From positions 32,001-96,000 of the IMG/VR virus record IMGVR_UViG_3300029310_000398: a stretch of DNA of 64,000 nt; one strand, given 5' to 3'. The position numbers were made by a program, and so were the translations under genes. The notes under the pieces are model-generated. The model ran no database searches and had not been told where the DNA came from. It saw nothing but the letters and a program-made list of their open reading frames with translations. The DNA comes from a virus. Positions 8,248 to 16,889 of the stretch are shown one piece after another. How positions within the stretch are numbered: the first letter of the stretch is position 1; each line of letters begins with the position of its first letter.

Positions 8248-8276
8248 ACTATAACACGAACATAAAAAAATGTCAA
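8248..8276 (-). promoter_or_regulatory. sigma-A type promoter of the nuclease gene (TTGACA-17-TATAGT)
   Basis: Minus strand reads TTGACATTTTTTTATGTTCGTGTTATAGT. It is one of three near-identical 26-nt promoter cores (see also 27646 and 46929). Confidence 0.75.
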
Positions 8277-8296
8277 GTCAATGTGAGCCAAATTGC

Positions 8297-8324
8297 TTGA
8301 CAATATGTTCGAATGTGGTAATAT
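8297..8324 (+). promoter_or_regulatory. divergent promoter (TTGACA-16-TAATAT with TGG extension)
   Basis: TTGACAATATGTTCGAATGTGGTAATAT lies upstream of the 8406 operon. Confidence 0.65.
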
Positions 8325-8405
8325 AGAATATGTAATAAGTGCAGGTAATAAGGGCATTTGGGGAATGTTGCCCACAACGTCACCTGCAAGCGGAGGTGCT
8401 TTTTT

Positions 8406-8639
8406 ATGCTTGAAAAACTTGTCAAAATATTTGAAATTGTAAGGGACTGGGTTCTTGCGCTTACGCCTTCGCAAATTGTGAGTCTGCTGGTTCTGATTGC
8501 CGCCCTGTATGTGGCACGTAAGGTCGTCAGGAAGGGACTGTCTATTGCACTGACCATCGTTGCAGTGCTGGCTGGTCTGTATTTCCTCGTACCCAGCATC
8601 TTCTATACAATCATCGGCTGGCTCACCACAATTTTCTAA
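8406..8639 (+). CDS. small membrane protein (77 aa)
   Basis: GGAGGTG RBS 7 nt before ATG 8406, with two hydrophobic helices. I judge the longer track ORF (8358) to be an upstream extension. Confidence 0.55.
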   Translation: MLEKLVKIFEIVRDWVLALTPSQIVSLLVLIAALYVARKVVRKGLSIALTIVAVLAGLYFLVPSIFYTIIGWLTTIF

Positions 8640-8670
8640 ACTTCAACCAACTACTGAAAGGACAATTACT

Positions 8671-9108
8671 ATGAGCAGCTATGAAAAATTTAAGACGGTG
8701 TGGACCGTAGGCAACATCATCGTTATCTACCTCCTCAATGCATTCATTTTGAAGAAGGCGGGGTATCCCATCTGGGCTGGCTTCACGCCGATTTACAACA
8801 TCTTCTGCCTTTTCTATTCCACTTACGGACATACCCGTTACGTATGGCTGATGCTGGTGCCTATCGTCAACATCGTCCTTACCATCGTAACGTGGGTGAA
8901 GTTCGTATCCATGTTTGGTGTGGACTATCAGGGGTTTACCAGCTATCACAGACCGAAAATGGTGTTCTGGATGGCTCTGTTCCCTGCTATCGTCTATGCG
9001 ATTTTGGCTTTTGACCCCACAGAGTACAAAGGCCCCTACCCCGGCCCTGACCCCTTTAAGAAAAATCCTATTCCCGCCGCTGACAACAACGGTGGTGCGA
9101 ATATGTAA
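8671..9108 (+). CDS. small multi-pass membrane protein (DUF5684-like)
   Basis: ATG 8671 follows GAAAGGA. The KKAGYPIWAGFTPIYNIFCLF motif and three hydrophobic helices resemble the DUF5684 family; this family call is from memory. Confidence 0.6.
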   Translation: MSSYEKFKTVWTVGNIIVIYLLNAFILKKAGYPIWAGFTPIYNIFCLFYSTYGHTRYVWLMLVPIVNIVLTIVTWVKFVSMFGVDYQGFTSYHRPKMVFWMALFPAIVYAILAFDPTEYKGPYPGPDPFKKNPIPAADNNGGANM

Positions 9109-9137
9109 AACCACAGAAAGAAAGGAAGTAGATACCC

Positions 9138-10631
9138 GTGGCACGAGATAACACGTGGACTTTCACTGCAGAGGAAGTTGCACAAATCACCAAGTTGCCC
9201 AAGCGTCAGTTCAAGCTGGGCGCCGGCAACATCTGCACCGGATATTTCGATGATGCCAACAGTCGCTTCTATGAGTGCGACGATAACGGTAAGCTGACCG
9301 GACGTGTAGGCAGCGCAAAGAAGCAGACGACCATCGTTGTACCCGCAACCAATGGAGGAGATGACCCGCCCCCTGTTCCCCCTGAAAAGAAGGAACCTCC
9401 CAAGAAAGAGCCCGCAAAGAAGCCTGAACCTCCGAAGCCTGAACCGACACCTCCCCCCTCAGGTACGGCTGACGCTCCCGACTGGCGGGAGCTGAAGCGG
9501 CAGGAGGAGGAACGCCTGAAAGCCGAGAAGCAGCGGGAACGTGAGGAAAAGAAAAAGCGCAAGCCCGTCGTGTCCGCCAGTGATGCTGCTGGAACCAGTA
9601 TGGTGCCTGTAAGCCCGTTCAAGCGGTTTATGAAAAAGGTCGTCCTGCCCATCGTGGCCGTGGTCGCCTGCGGCGCTATTGCTTTCTGTGTATATTCCAT
9701 TCTGGCAAACCGCTCTACGCCCATCGGTTATCAGTACCCCACAGTGCTTCAGCGTTCCGATGGTACGACTGTTACCACGTCTTACGTACACGGCGACAGT
9801 GTTCAGGTCATTCAGGTCACGGACGATGTCCTGCCGGGGACGCAGTTCTCCAAGGACAATCTGGCCGTGGCTACCATTCCCGCTGACGTCTACAACTGTG
9901 CTGTAGCTATCGGCTCCAAGTTGTGCAACGTGGATATGGCGAACACAGTCGTAGGAAAGTATGCCACCGAGTACATCGGCGCAGGTCAAATCCTTCGTAT
10001 CGACCAGTTCAGCGTCAACAGCACTACAGGAGCTTCCGTTGCTGCAAATCCTTGGCTGGCTGAGGATGGCGAGGATGTCCGCGATTACCTGTGGGAAGAT
10101 GATACCAGCTTCCTGATGTTCGGTCGTGAGGCGGTCATCACTATCACCCGCACTGTGGACGATAACAACGCCGCTCTCCGCGAGGAGCTGTATGCAGATG
10201 ACCCCACTATCGAGTACACCATCAGCGAGAAAGACGAGCATAATCGTCGGCATGAGACCATCAAGCTGAACGCTGTTGTCAGTGACCTCTTGAACTCCGA
10301 CGGCACCCTGTTGTATGATGTATACGCCAAGTTGGGTGCTATCCCGCAGGGCGAACTGAGCCAGTATGTGAAGAACCATGTCAGTGTTGCAAAGATGGTT
10401 CCCACCATCGTGCGCTTCCGCATGACAGAGAAGGCTGCCACCGTGTATGATGCAGCAATGGTCACGGGCGCTGATGTGACGCTCACCAGCGGCACAGTAA
10501 CGACCGTGGAGCTGCTGGAGGAACTGGAAGCCAACACTCCCGAACGTGCCGCACAGCTCAACATCTGCCAGTTCGTAGACCGTATCCTCTGCGGAGATAA
10601 CACCGTACAGAACACTGACCCTGTGCAGTAA
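9138..10631 (+). CDS. bitopic membrane protein with a proline/lysine-rich linker and a SAF-like extracellular domain
   Basis: GTG start. PPPVPPEKKEPPKKEPAKKPEPPKPEPTPPP, then an EK-rich segment and a TM helix (VVLPIVAVVACGAIAFCVYSIL). This is followed by VQVIQVTDDVLPGTQFSKDNLAVATIPADV...GKYATEYIGAGQILRIDQF, a CpaB/SAF-like pattern. Confidence 0.75.
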   Translation: MARDNTWTFTAEEVAQITKLPKRQFKLGAGNICTGYFDDANSRFYECDDNGKLTGRVGSAKKQTTIVVPATNGGDDPPPVPPEKKEPPKKEPAKKPEPPKPEPTPPPSGTADAPDWRELKRQEEERLKAEKQREREEKKKRKPVVSASDAAGTSMVPVSPFKRFMKKVVLPIVAVVACGAIAFCVYSILANRSTPIGYQYPTVLQRSDGTTVTTSYVHGDSVQVIQVTDDVLPGTQFSKDNLAVATIPADVYNCAVAIGSKLCNVDMANTVVGKYATEYIGAGQILRIDQFSVNSTTGASVAANPWLAEDGEDVRDYLWEDDTSFLMFGREAVITITRTVDDNNAALREELYADDPTIEYTISEKDEHNRRHETIKLNAVVSDLLNSDGTLLYDVYAKLGAIPQGELSQYVKNHVSVAKMVPTIVRFRMTEKAATVYDAAMVTGADVTLTSGTVTTVELLEELEANTPERAAQLNICQFVDRILCGDNTVQNTDPVQ

Positions 10632-10653
10632 AAGTTTTGAGGAGGACAAAAAC

Positions 10654-11343
10654 ATGAAAAAGTATCTTGTCTTGGTGCTGGCTGCGCTGATGCTGCTGAC
10701 TATCGCCGGCTGCGGAAAGAAGAACGGAGACAATCCCGCTGACGACCCGAAGTACAATCTGGAAAATCCAGAACCTATTCCCGATGGTATGGAGGATACC
10801 AAGGGCTATATCGGTGATGGAAAGTACCGCAACGACGTGAAGCTGACCTGCACCCTGCAGTCTGGCTACGAGGTCACGCTGGGCATGGGCGACAAGGACG
10901 CAGGTTCCAACGCCGTCTACCTGAACCCCACCTGTTCCAACCCCAACGGCGCGGTTTTCTATATCGAAGCCGAGCGCATGATGTTCCCTCAGTATTCTAC
11001 CCCGATGGAACTCGCCACTGTTAAGCTGGCCGACTTCCCCGCCATGGATACCAACAGCATCGTTGCTTTCCAGTGGTATGAAGACATCATGGGTGTGGAT
11101 GCCGTCTATCACGACGTAGATAACTACGGCGTGGCATGGCAGGACTCCAGCCTTGTGGATGGCGACTCCGGTTCTGAAACGCTGACCATCAAGGTCTGCG
11201 ATAAGGTTACTGGCGAAGAGCTGGGAACAGTCGTTGCCCACATCGACTATGATGCTGAGAATGACATCTACTTCCTCGCCGATATGAGCGAGGTCATCGA
11301 AAACGCCGACGGTGCTGTTGACACCACAGTTCCTGCGACATAA
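10654..11343 (+). CDS. lipoprotein
   Basis: Signal peptide with a lipobox (LLTIAGC). Confidence 0.8.
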   Translation: MKKYLVLVLAALMLLTIAGCGKKNGDNPADDPKYNLENPEPIPDGMEDTKGYIGDGKYRNDVKLTCTLQSGYEVTLGMGDKDAGSNAVYLNPTCSNPNGAVFYIEAERMMFPQYSTPMELATVKLADFPAMDTNSIVAFQWYEDIMGVDAVYHDVDNYGVAWQDSSLVDGDSGSETLTIKVCDKVTGEELGTVVAHIDYDAENDIYFLADMSEVIENADGAVDTTVPAT

Positions 11344-11362
11344 AAAAGAAAGGAGAACAAAT

Positions 11363-11815
11363 ATGCCCGCTATTATCAGTGATTCCAAGCAGCAGCAGGC
11401 ACTTCAGCAGGTCATGGATGGCCTGAAAGCTGTTTCCGACATCAATACTATGCTGGATATTGCCGCGAAGGATAACGCCTTTACAGTGTCCGCAAAGAGC
11501 CGCAAGAAGCCCACAATCGTCGTTGATGAACAGGCTGCCACCCGTATTCAGGGCGCTATTAAGGCGTACCGCGATAAGATGGTCAAGAAGATTCGTGATA
11601 CAGCCGACAAACAGCGTATTGCTTTGTCCGATGAGGACGAGGCAATCCTCGACTGGGGCGTTGGTACTTCCGCAGCAGAACCCGTCGAGGACACCGCCGA
11701 GGCTTCCGATGCCGATGAGGACGATACCGCTGACGGCGAATCCGCAGAGGAAATCGCGGAAGCCGATGAACCTACAGGGACTCCCGAAAACGCCAATCCC
11801 TACACACTGTATTAA
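11363..11815 (+). CDS. hypothetical protein with an acidic C-terminus (150 aa)
   Basis: AAAGGAG RBS before ATG 11363. Two terminator hairpins follow. Confidence 0.65.
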   Translation: MPAIISDSKQQQALQQVMDGLKAVSDINTMLDIAAKDNAFTVSAKSRKKPTIVVDEQAATRIQGAIKAYRDKMVKKIRDTADKQRIALSDEDEAILDWGVGTSAAEPVEDTAEASDADEDDTADGESAEEIAEADEPTGTPENANPYTLY

Positions 11816-11826
11816 GCCAAATCGGA

Positions 11827-11858
11827 AGCCCTCGCCTATCGGCGGGGGCTTTTCTTTT
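11827..11858 (+). terminator. intrinsic terminator
   Basis: AGCCCTCGCC-TATC-GGCGGGGGCT followed by TTTCTTTT. Confidence 0.75.
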
Positions 11859-11871
11859 ATATGCTGAAGAA

Positions 11872-11893
11872 AGCCGGCCCTTTAGGGCCGGCT
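11872..11893. terminator. bidirectional terminator hairpin between convergent genes
   Basis: AGCCGGCCC-TTTA-GGGCCGGCT, with T-rich flanks on both strands. Confidence 0.65.
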
Positions 11894-11895
11894 GT

Positions 11896-12432
11896 TTAGT
11901 TATCACGAGAGTTCAGTTCCGCTTTGACTTCCTCGGTATCCTTGGCATCCGCAGGAACGTAAATTTCCTGATAGGCCAGAAGGCGCGTAGCATCTTTGGC
12001 GCGGACGTAGATGGTATATTTGAAGCCGGGGAACAGGTCTTTGTTCTTCCGGTCAGGAAGATTGAACACATGAGCTTCCTGTTCCTCGTCCTCTCCAGTT
12101 ACAAAGATGACTTCCTTGCTGTCACGCGGCCAATTCCGCGACCGCACAGAACGGCACGTAGCCACATGGCAGATGATGTCGCCGTTTTCCCATTCTGTTC
12201 GCAGATGCAGTGCGGTGTAGACCACATATGCTGCCAGCAGAAGAATGGCACAGGCAAAAGGAATCATGGATGCAAAGTGTGTTTTTTGAAGGACGAGGGT
12301 CGCAATCAGAATGACTACAATAGCTCCAGCCATCAACAGGCCTTTGGTCGTCATCTGCTGCAGAGCTGCGGGATAAGGGCGTTCTTCGTCGAGGTGCTCG
12401 TCATAATTGCACACGGAGTTTTTGTCGGACAT
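11896..12432 (-). CDS. membrane protein of unknown function (178 aa)
   Basis: Two TM helices followed by a soluble domain. The start overlaps the stop of the upstream HTH gene. Confidence 0.65.
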   Translation of the reverse strand: MSDKNSVCNYDEHLDEERPYPAALQQMTTKGLLMAGAIVVILIATLVLQKTHFASMIPFACAILLLAAYVVYTALHLRTEWENGDIICHVATCRSVRSRNWPRDSKEVIFVTGEDEEQEAHVFNLPDRKNKDLFPGFKYTIYVRAKDATRLLAYQEIYVPADAKDTEEVKAELNSRDN

Positions 12433-13082
12433 TATGCATCACCTCCAATACGAGACCGCGAGGGTGCGATACGGCGTCCGCGATAGAACAGACGGGTATT
12501 CGCTTCACGACCAGTCACGGAGCCAATGACCAAGGCCATTTCCTCAGGAGTAGCCATTCCATTTGCCATGTTGCAGGATGCAAACGCAACCGCCATCATC
12601 TTCTCCACAGGAACGTCGATAACCGCCGCAACTGCCTTTGCACGGGACTGGGGCATCTCCTTATAGGGGTATGTGGAGAACAAATACTGAGCAAGGCCCT
12701 GCACGCCTGCAAGCTGCTCCAGATAATCCAGCGTGACTCCCTCCTTGTTCAGATAATCCGCAATGAGGGGATATCCTTCGCTGAAATACCATGAGTGAGC
12801 GCCACGAATGTTGTTGCAGAGCATCGTAACATCGGACAGGGAAATTCCAGTTGCCTCCGCAGCAGAGGTGACAGATGAATCTTTGTTGGTGGCAAAGTAA
12901 CTGATGACAGCACGTACCTGCTCCTCATCCAGAACAGGACGGGGATATCGCCTTGCCTTCTCGTTGGGAAAGGGAATTTTCTGCAGGTGCAGATACACCT
13001 GCTGGCGAGAGATGTTGAGATTTTCGGCAATCTCCTGAACAGAGTAGCCGTTCCACCTCATAAGACCTACATAGGTCGCCAT
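12432..13082 (-). CDS. helix-turn-helix DNA-binding protein (216 aa)
   Basis: Begins MATYVGLMRWNGYSVQEIAENLNISRQQVYLHLQKI (sigma-70 region-4/LuxR-like HTH). The 305-aa track ORF extends upstream into low-quality sequence that overlaps the YdjM-like gene. Confidence 0.65.
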   Translation of the reverse strand: MATYVGLMRWNGYSVQEIAENLNISRQQVYLHLQKIPFPNEKARRYPRPVLDEEQVRAVISYFATNKDSSVTSAAEATGISLSDVTMLCNNIRGAHSWYFSEGYPLIADYLNKEGVTLDYLEQLAGVQGLAQYLFSTYPYKEMPQSRAKAVAAVIDVPVEKMMAVAFASCNMANGMATPEEMALVIGSVTGREANTRLFYRGRRIAPSRSRIGGDA

Positions 13083-13131
13083 GCGCTCGCCCCACTGCAC
13101 GTTTTCTGACTTACGTGTATCATTTGTTGAC

Positions 13132-13680
13132 TCACACAAATCTAATCGCCTCCTTGAAAAAATCGCCGGACTCGTAGACAAAACTGACAGTACAGAGAAT
13201 GGCAACACACGCCAAAATGAACGAGAAAGTATGTCCAGATGCACCATCGGTCTTGATGCCGAAAATCCAGAAGCGGTGGGAAATCGGCCAAAGAAGAGGA
13301 ACGCCGGCTTTGTTGAAAAGGTCGAGCAAGATATGAGTTGCTCCACCAATTACAAACGCGAGGATATAGGGCAGCCATTCAATGCCCAGAAACAGCCTCA
13401 GGGCTGCGTACAAGGCCGCCCAAATGAAAGGAGCATGAGTGATACCCCTATGCCCAAAGAGGGCGTTTACGGCAGCGGAGACGGGTTTATTCTTACGCCC
13501 CGCCTTGCTGCACGGAAGGTCGATGTCAGGCGCGAGAGAACCTGCCATGGACAGACCAACCACTCCGAGGGCCGGAAGCAATCCCTCCGGTGCCGGAAGC
13601 TCGAACAGTCCGTTGATTTGTGCCTGCACAAGCAGCAGGCCAGCCGTGTAACCGGCAAAAGTATGGGTTCGCCCGTCCAT
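13132..13680 (-). CDS. YdjM/DUF457-family membrane-bound metal-dependent hydrolase
   Basis: H..AG.......G.L.PD.D ... HRG.THA ... H..LD motifs and several TM helices. GGAGGTG RBS. Confidence 0.75.
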   Translation of the reverse strand: MDGRTHTFAGYTAGLLLVQAQINGLFELPAPEGLLPALGVVGLSMAGSLAPDIDLPCSKAGRKNKPVSAAVNALFGHRGITHAPFIWAALYAALRLFLGIEWLPYILAFVIGGATHILLDLFNKAGVPLLWPISHRFWIFGIKTDGASGHTFSFILACVAILCTVSFVYESGDFFKEAIRFV

Positions 13681-13716
13681 AGTTCACCTCCTATAAAAGT
13701 GGACGGGGTACAGCAC

Positions 13717-13737
13717 AATAACAAGAATCTTGTTATT
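13717..13737. promoter_or_regulatory. operator-like perfect inverted repeat AATAACAAG-AAT-CTTGTTATT
   Basis: A 9+3+9 palindrome in the leader of the YdjM-like gene. A partial second copy (AATAACAAGCATCTTG) lies at about 13758-13773. Confidence 0.5.
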
Positions 13738-13772
13738 CCTATCGAAAATTGCAGAAAAATAACAAGCATCTT

Positions 13773-13784
13773 GAACAAATGTTC
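13773..13784. promoter_or_regulatory. SOS (LexA/DinR, Cheo-box-like) site GAACAAATGTTC
   Basis: Perfect GAAC-N4-GTTC core between the promoter at 13815-13844 and the YdjM-family gene. Confidence 0.45.
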
Positions 13785-13814
13785 TGGCGAATTTTTGTTA
13801 ATTGGAACACTTGT

Positions 13815-13844
13815 ACTATACCACAAAGTATGATAGAATGTCAA
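13815..13844 (-). promoter_or_regulatory. promoter TTGACA-18-TATAGT (TGG-extended)
   Basis: Minus strand reads TTGACATTCTATCATACTTTGTGGTATAGT. Confidence 0.6.
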
Positions 13845-13881
13845 TCACGATATGACGATACCGCATTGATAGGAACGCAGA

Positions 13882-16158
13882 TTACCTACGACCGGAACGC
13901 CGGCCACGAGAGCTGCTGCGCGATGTGCTGCGGCTACCGGAACGGCTGCCGCTGCCAGAACGCGAGGACGTACCTGCAGGCTTGGTATTGTTGAACTGAA
14001 GCGTGAAGTTCGGTCCCCAATCGCTGCGCTGGCTATCATCCATCACGAGGTCTGCGGCGAACGTGCCGCCGTCCTTCTTGGTCAGCTTCGTCTTGTGGAC
14101 GGGCTTGCCGTCGAGAAAGTTCTTGACATCCTTCTCGGTAAAGGTAATGTGCTGGAACAGTGAAGGTTTGGGCTTCTTCCAGATGGTAAACTTACAACCG
14201 TTCTTCCAGTTGGAGCAACCGAAGCCAATCTTTCCTTCGATGATGTTCCCGCCACAGCGGGGACACACACCAATCGGTGTATAGCCCTTTCGAGTAGGGA
14301 TAATGCTGGGGTCAACTTTCGGATGCGGCTGCTGCAAGAAATCCTTGAGCATAGCGAGAACGTTCTGTTCCAGCTTTTCCGGTGTTGCCTTCCCCTCATG
14401 TATCTCTTCCTGAATGACCCACCACAAAGCGGTAAGGTCAGGACCACGAAGAGCGTCAGGGAGAATGCGATACAGCTCGCGTCCGAGAGGTGTCGAGATA
14501 AGGGACTTCCCTTTCTCCTGTAAGAAACCTCTGGAGATAAGTCCGGAGATTATCTGGTCGCGGGTAGCACTGGTTCCAATGGCGCCGTTATTTTCCTCCA
14601 CGTCAGCATCCTTCTTGAGAAGCGTGCTTTTGATGAAAGGGTCGGTCACATATTTGGCGATACGGCTCATGTCCTTTGCCAATGTGTACTGGGTATAGCG
14701 AGGAGGCGGATTGGTCTCCTTCTCCAAAACCTGAGCATCGGAAACAAAGGCGTCGTAGCTGCCGGCAGGTATCATACTCAATGCCGTAGGTGTATCAACA
14801 CCCTCGCGCATCATCACCAGATAACCGGGCTTCAGGACGCCAGTGCTGGAAGCCTCCAATGTGGCGCCGTCCGGCAGGGGAACGGCCAGCTTTGTAGTTT
14901 CCTTCTCGGCAGGCGGGAAAAACTGGATAAGGTAATACTTGCAGATTGCAAGATATACGTTCCGTTCCCTCTCTGTCATCTTATTGAGGTCGAGGCTCAC
15001 ATTCTGGGGGATGATACCGAAATGGGCTTCAATTTTGGAGTCATCAAAGCAGCGGCCCTTCGTCTTGAAATCCATGCCTTGAATGGGATTGAAGTTGCCC
15101 TTCCCTACCGTGTTGATGTTTGCGATGACAGTACGGGACGTGGCAGGTGCTTCCGCGAAGTAGTTTTCGGGGAGGTAGCGCACCTGAGTACGGTTGTAGG
15201 TAATGGCGTTATAGTTATCACGCAAGGACTGTGTGATTTCCATTGTGTCATCCAGCTTATAGCCAAAATTCTTCAGGCAGTAGCCCTGCAGCTCCAGCAT
15301 ATCGAATGGCAGAGGCGGCTGCTCCTTGGAGACCTTCTTCGTGATGGTCGCTCCGGAGAACTGCTTTCCCGCAACCATCGCAGCCTTGCTCTCTGCGTAA
15401 GGCTTATCCAAGATAAGCCCGTCGGTCAGATGAGGGTCATCCTTCTTCGGCTTGTACTTTGCTTCAATGACTTTACCCGCAACGGAGGTGTTTGCCATGA
15501 CTTCATAGTATTTCGTCTTTACGTGGTTCTCAATGAGCTTATCACGCTCTACCACGAGCCCCAGCGTCGGGGACTGCACACGGCCAACCGTCAGCGAAGC
15601 ATTATTGACCAAAGAATAATAGCGGCTCATATTGACGCCAACCATCAGGTCCGCAACGCTGCGGGCATAGGCAGACCACCCCATGTTCTCAAAGGAACGG
15701 TTATCTTTGAGGTTATTGAGCGCACGCTGCAACGCAGGGATAGAAGTGTCGCCTGTCGCCAGACGGTAGACAGGCCCACGATAGTGATGCCAGCGAAGCA
15801 GTTCATCAATAAGGAGCTGTCCCTCTTCGTCAGGGTCGCCGGCGTGTATAACACAGCTACACTGTTTTAGCAGCTCGCCAATGCGGGTAACGCGCTCATT
15901 GGGGTTCACTCCCCTTCCATTGTATTCTTTGATTTTGGTCTGCCAGTTAGGAAAGTAAATGGGCAGTGCAGACAAATCCCATTTCCCCAGAGTGGTATCG
16001 TAATCTTCAGGTTCTTTCAAAGACAAAAGGTGGCCCTGAGAACACACAATGACGTAATCACCTTTTACGGTCGCTCCACGGTCAGAACGTGCCGTGCCGG
16101 GGATAGCTTGAGCAATCAAATCTCCAAGCTGTTTTTTCTCAGCAAGTATTAGTTTAAT
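13882..16158 (-). CDS. topB: DNA topoisomerase III (type IA) with C-terminal zinc ribbons and an Arg/Ser-rich tail
   Basis: TOPRIM N-terminus IKLILAEKKQLGDLIAQAI, HAGDPDEEG, type-IA core, CPRCGG..CSNWKNGC zinc ribbons, and the tail SSRSGSGSRSGSRSTSRSSSRGRRSGRR. The conserved N-terminus lies upstream of the first ATG (16119), so I extend the CDS to an in-frame ATT at 16158. Confidence 0.9.
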   Translation of the reverse strand: MKLILAEKKQLGDLIAQAIPGTARSDRGATVKGDYVIVCSQGHLLSLKEPEDYDTTLGKWDLSALPIYFPNWQTKIKEYNGRGVNPNERVTRIGELLKQCSCVIHAGDPDEEGQLLIDELLRWHHYRGPVYRLATGDTSIPALQRALNNLKDNRSFENMGWSAYARSVADLMVGVNMSRYYSLVNNASLTVGRVQSPTLGLVVERDKLIENHVKTKYYEVMANTSVAGKVIEAKYKPKKDDPHLTDGLILDKPYAESKAAMVAGKQFSGATITKKVSKEQPPLPFDMLELQGYCLKNFGYKLDDTMEITQSLRDNYNAITYNRTQVRYLPENYFAEAPATSRTVIANINTVGKGNFNPIQGMDFKTKGRCFDDSKIEAHFGIIPQNVSLDLNKMTERERNVYLAICKYYLIQFFPPAEKETTKLAVPLPDGATLEASSTGVLKPGYLVMMREGVDTPTALSMIPAGSYDAFVSDAQVLEKETNPPPRYTQYTLAKDMSRIAKYVTDPFIKSTLLKKDADVEENNGAIGTSATRDQIISGLISRGFLQEKGKSLISTPLGRELYRILPDALRGPDLTALWWVIQEEIHEGKATPEKLEQNVLAMLKDFLQQPHPKVDPSIIPTRKGYTPIGVCPRCGGNIIEGKIGFGCSNWKNGCKFTIWKKPKPSLFQHITFTEKDVKNFLDGKPVHKTKLTKKDGGTFAADLVMDDSQRSDWGPNFTLQFNNTKPAGTSSRSGSGSRSGSRSTSRSSSRGRRSGRR

Positions 16159-16223
16159 GTGGAAACACGACCTTTCCTTGGAAATGATGAAATCTGTCGT
16201 TTTTTATTCCCGTTTATAACTCT

Positions 16224-16252
16224 ATACTATCATGTGTATAAAATTTTGTCAA
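16224..16252 (-). promoter_or_regulatory. promoter of topB (TTGACAAAAT...-17-TAGTAT)
   Basis: Minus strand reads TTGACAAAATTTTATACACATGATAGTAT. A member of the TTGACAAAAT promoter family. Confidence 0.7.
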
Positions 16253-16536
16253 GTTCGCAAAGAGGTGATGTCTATATCTTGTATGTGGAAGGTGAACATG
16301 ATAGAAGGACAAATTGGAAGTATTTGGAAACATTAGAATTGTAACCTTTCTGCGTAAAACTTTGTGAAAATCGGACAAAATTAACTGTTTTCAGCAGTAT
16401 ATTCTGCTATAGATTGCTTTCGCAATAAGACACATTGCACAAAATAATTTCACAATTATCCGTCAAAATGACGGTAAATTTTGCACAAAAGAGCATGAAA
16501 ACCGCAAAATCAACGAACGCTTAATACAGGAGCCCC

Positions 16537-16565
16537 TTGACATTTTCCTACATCTGTGCTACACT
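16537..16565 (+). promoter_or_regulatory. promoter TTGACA-17-TACACT
   Basis: TTGACATTTTCCTACATCTGTGCTACACT, about 325 nt upstream of the 16890 gene. Confidence 0.6.
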
Positions 16566-16889
16566 CAAGCCGTAATCTAAACGATGCTGGTGGGGAAGTA
16601 CCACTGCCCCGAAACTGGTCGAGTTTAGGTTCAATAAAGTGAAACACATAAGTGCTGGTAGAGACCTGTCAAAGTCCATCTGCCGCAAAAAGCACTCACT
16701 ATCTCTTTTGCGGCTAAGGATTTAATCAAGGGGATATCAGCGCTATTTTTTGTGCTTCATTTCCGGTTTCTCTCTCCCTACGAAAGATTGAAACCGAGTT
16801 CGAATGCCAGTGGAATTGGCATCGTTTATATGGCAGAAAGGTATAAAACAAGCGCTCAGGTTTACAGGAAAAGAGGAGGTCGGTAACAT

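Noticed and set aside
12432-13349. 305-aa version of the HTH gene
   Set aside because: The first 89 codons overlap the YdjM-like gene in another frame and translate to S/F/R-rich junk. A clean start (MATYVG...) exists at 13082.
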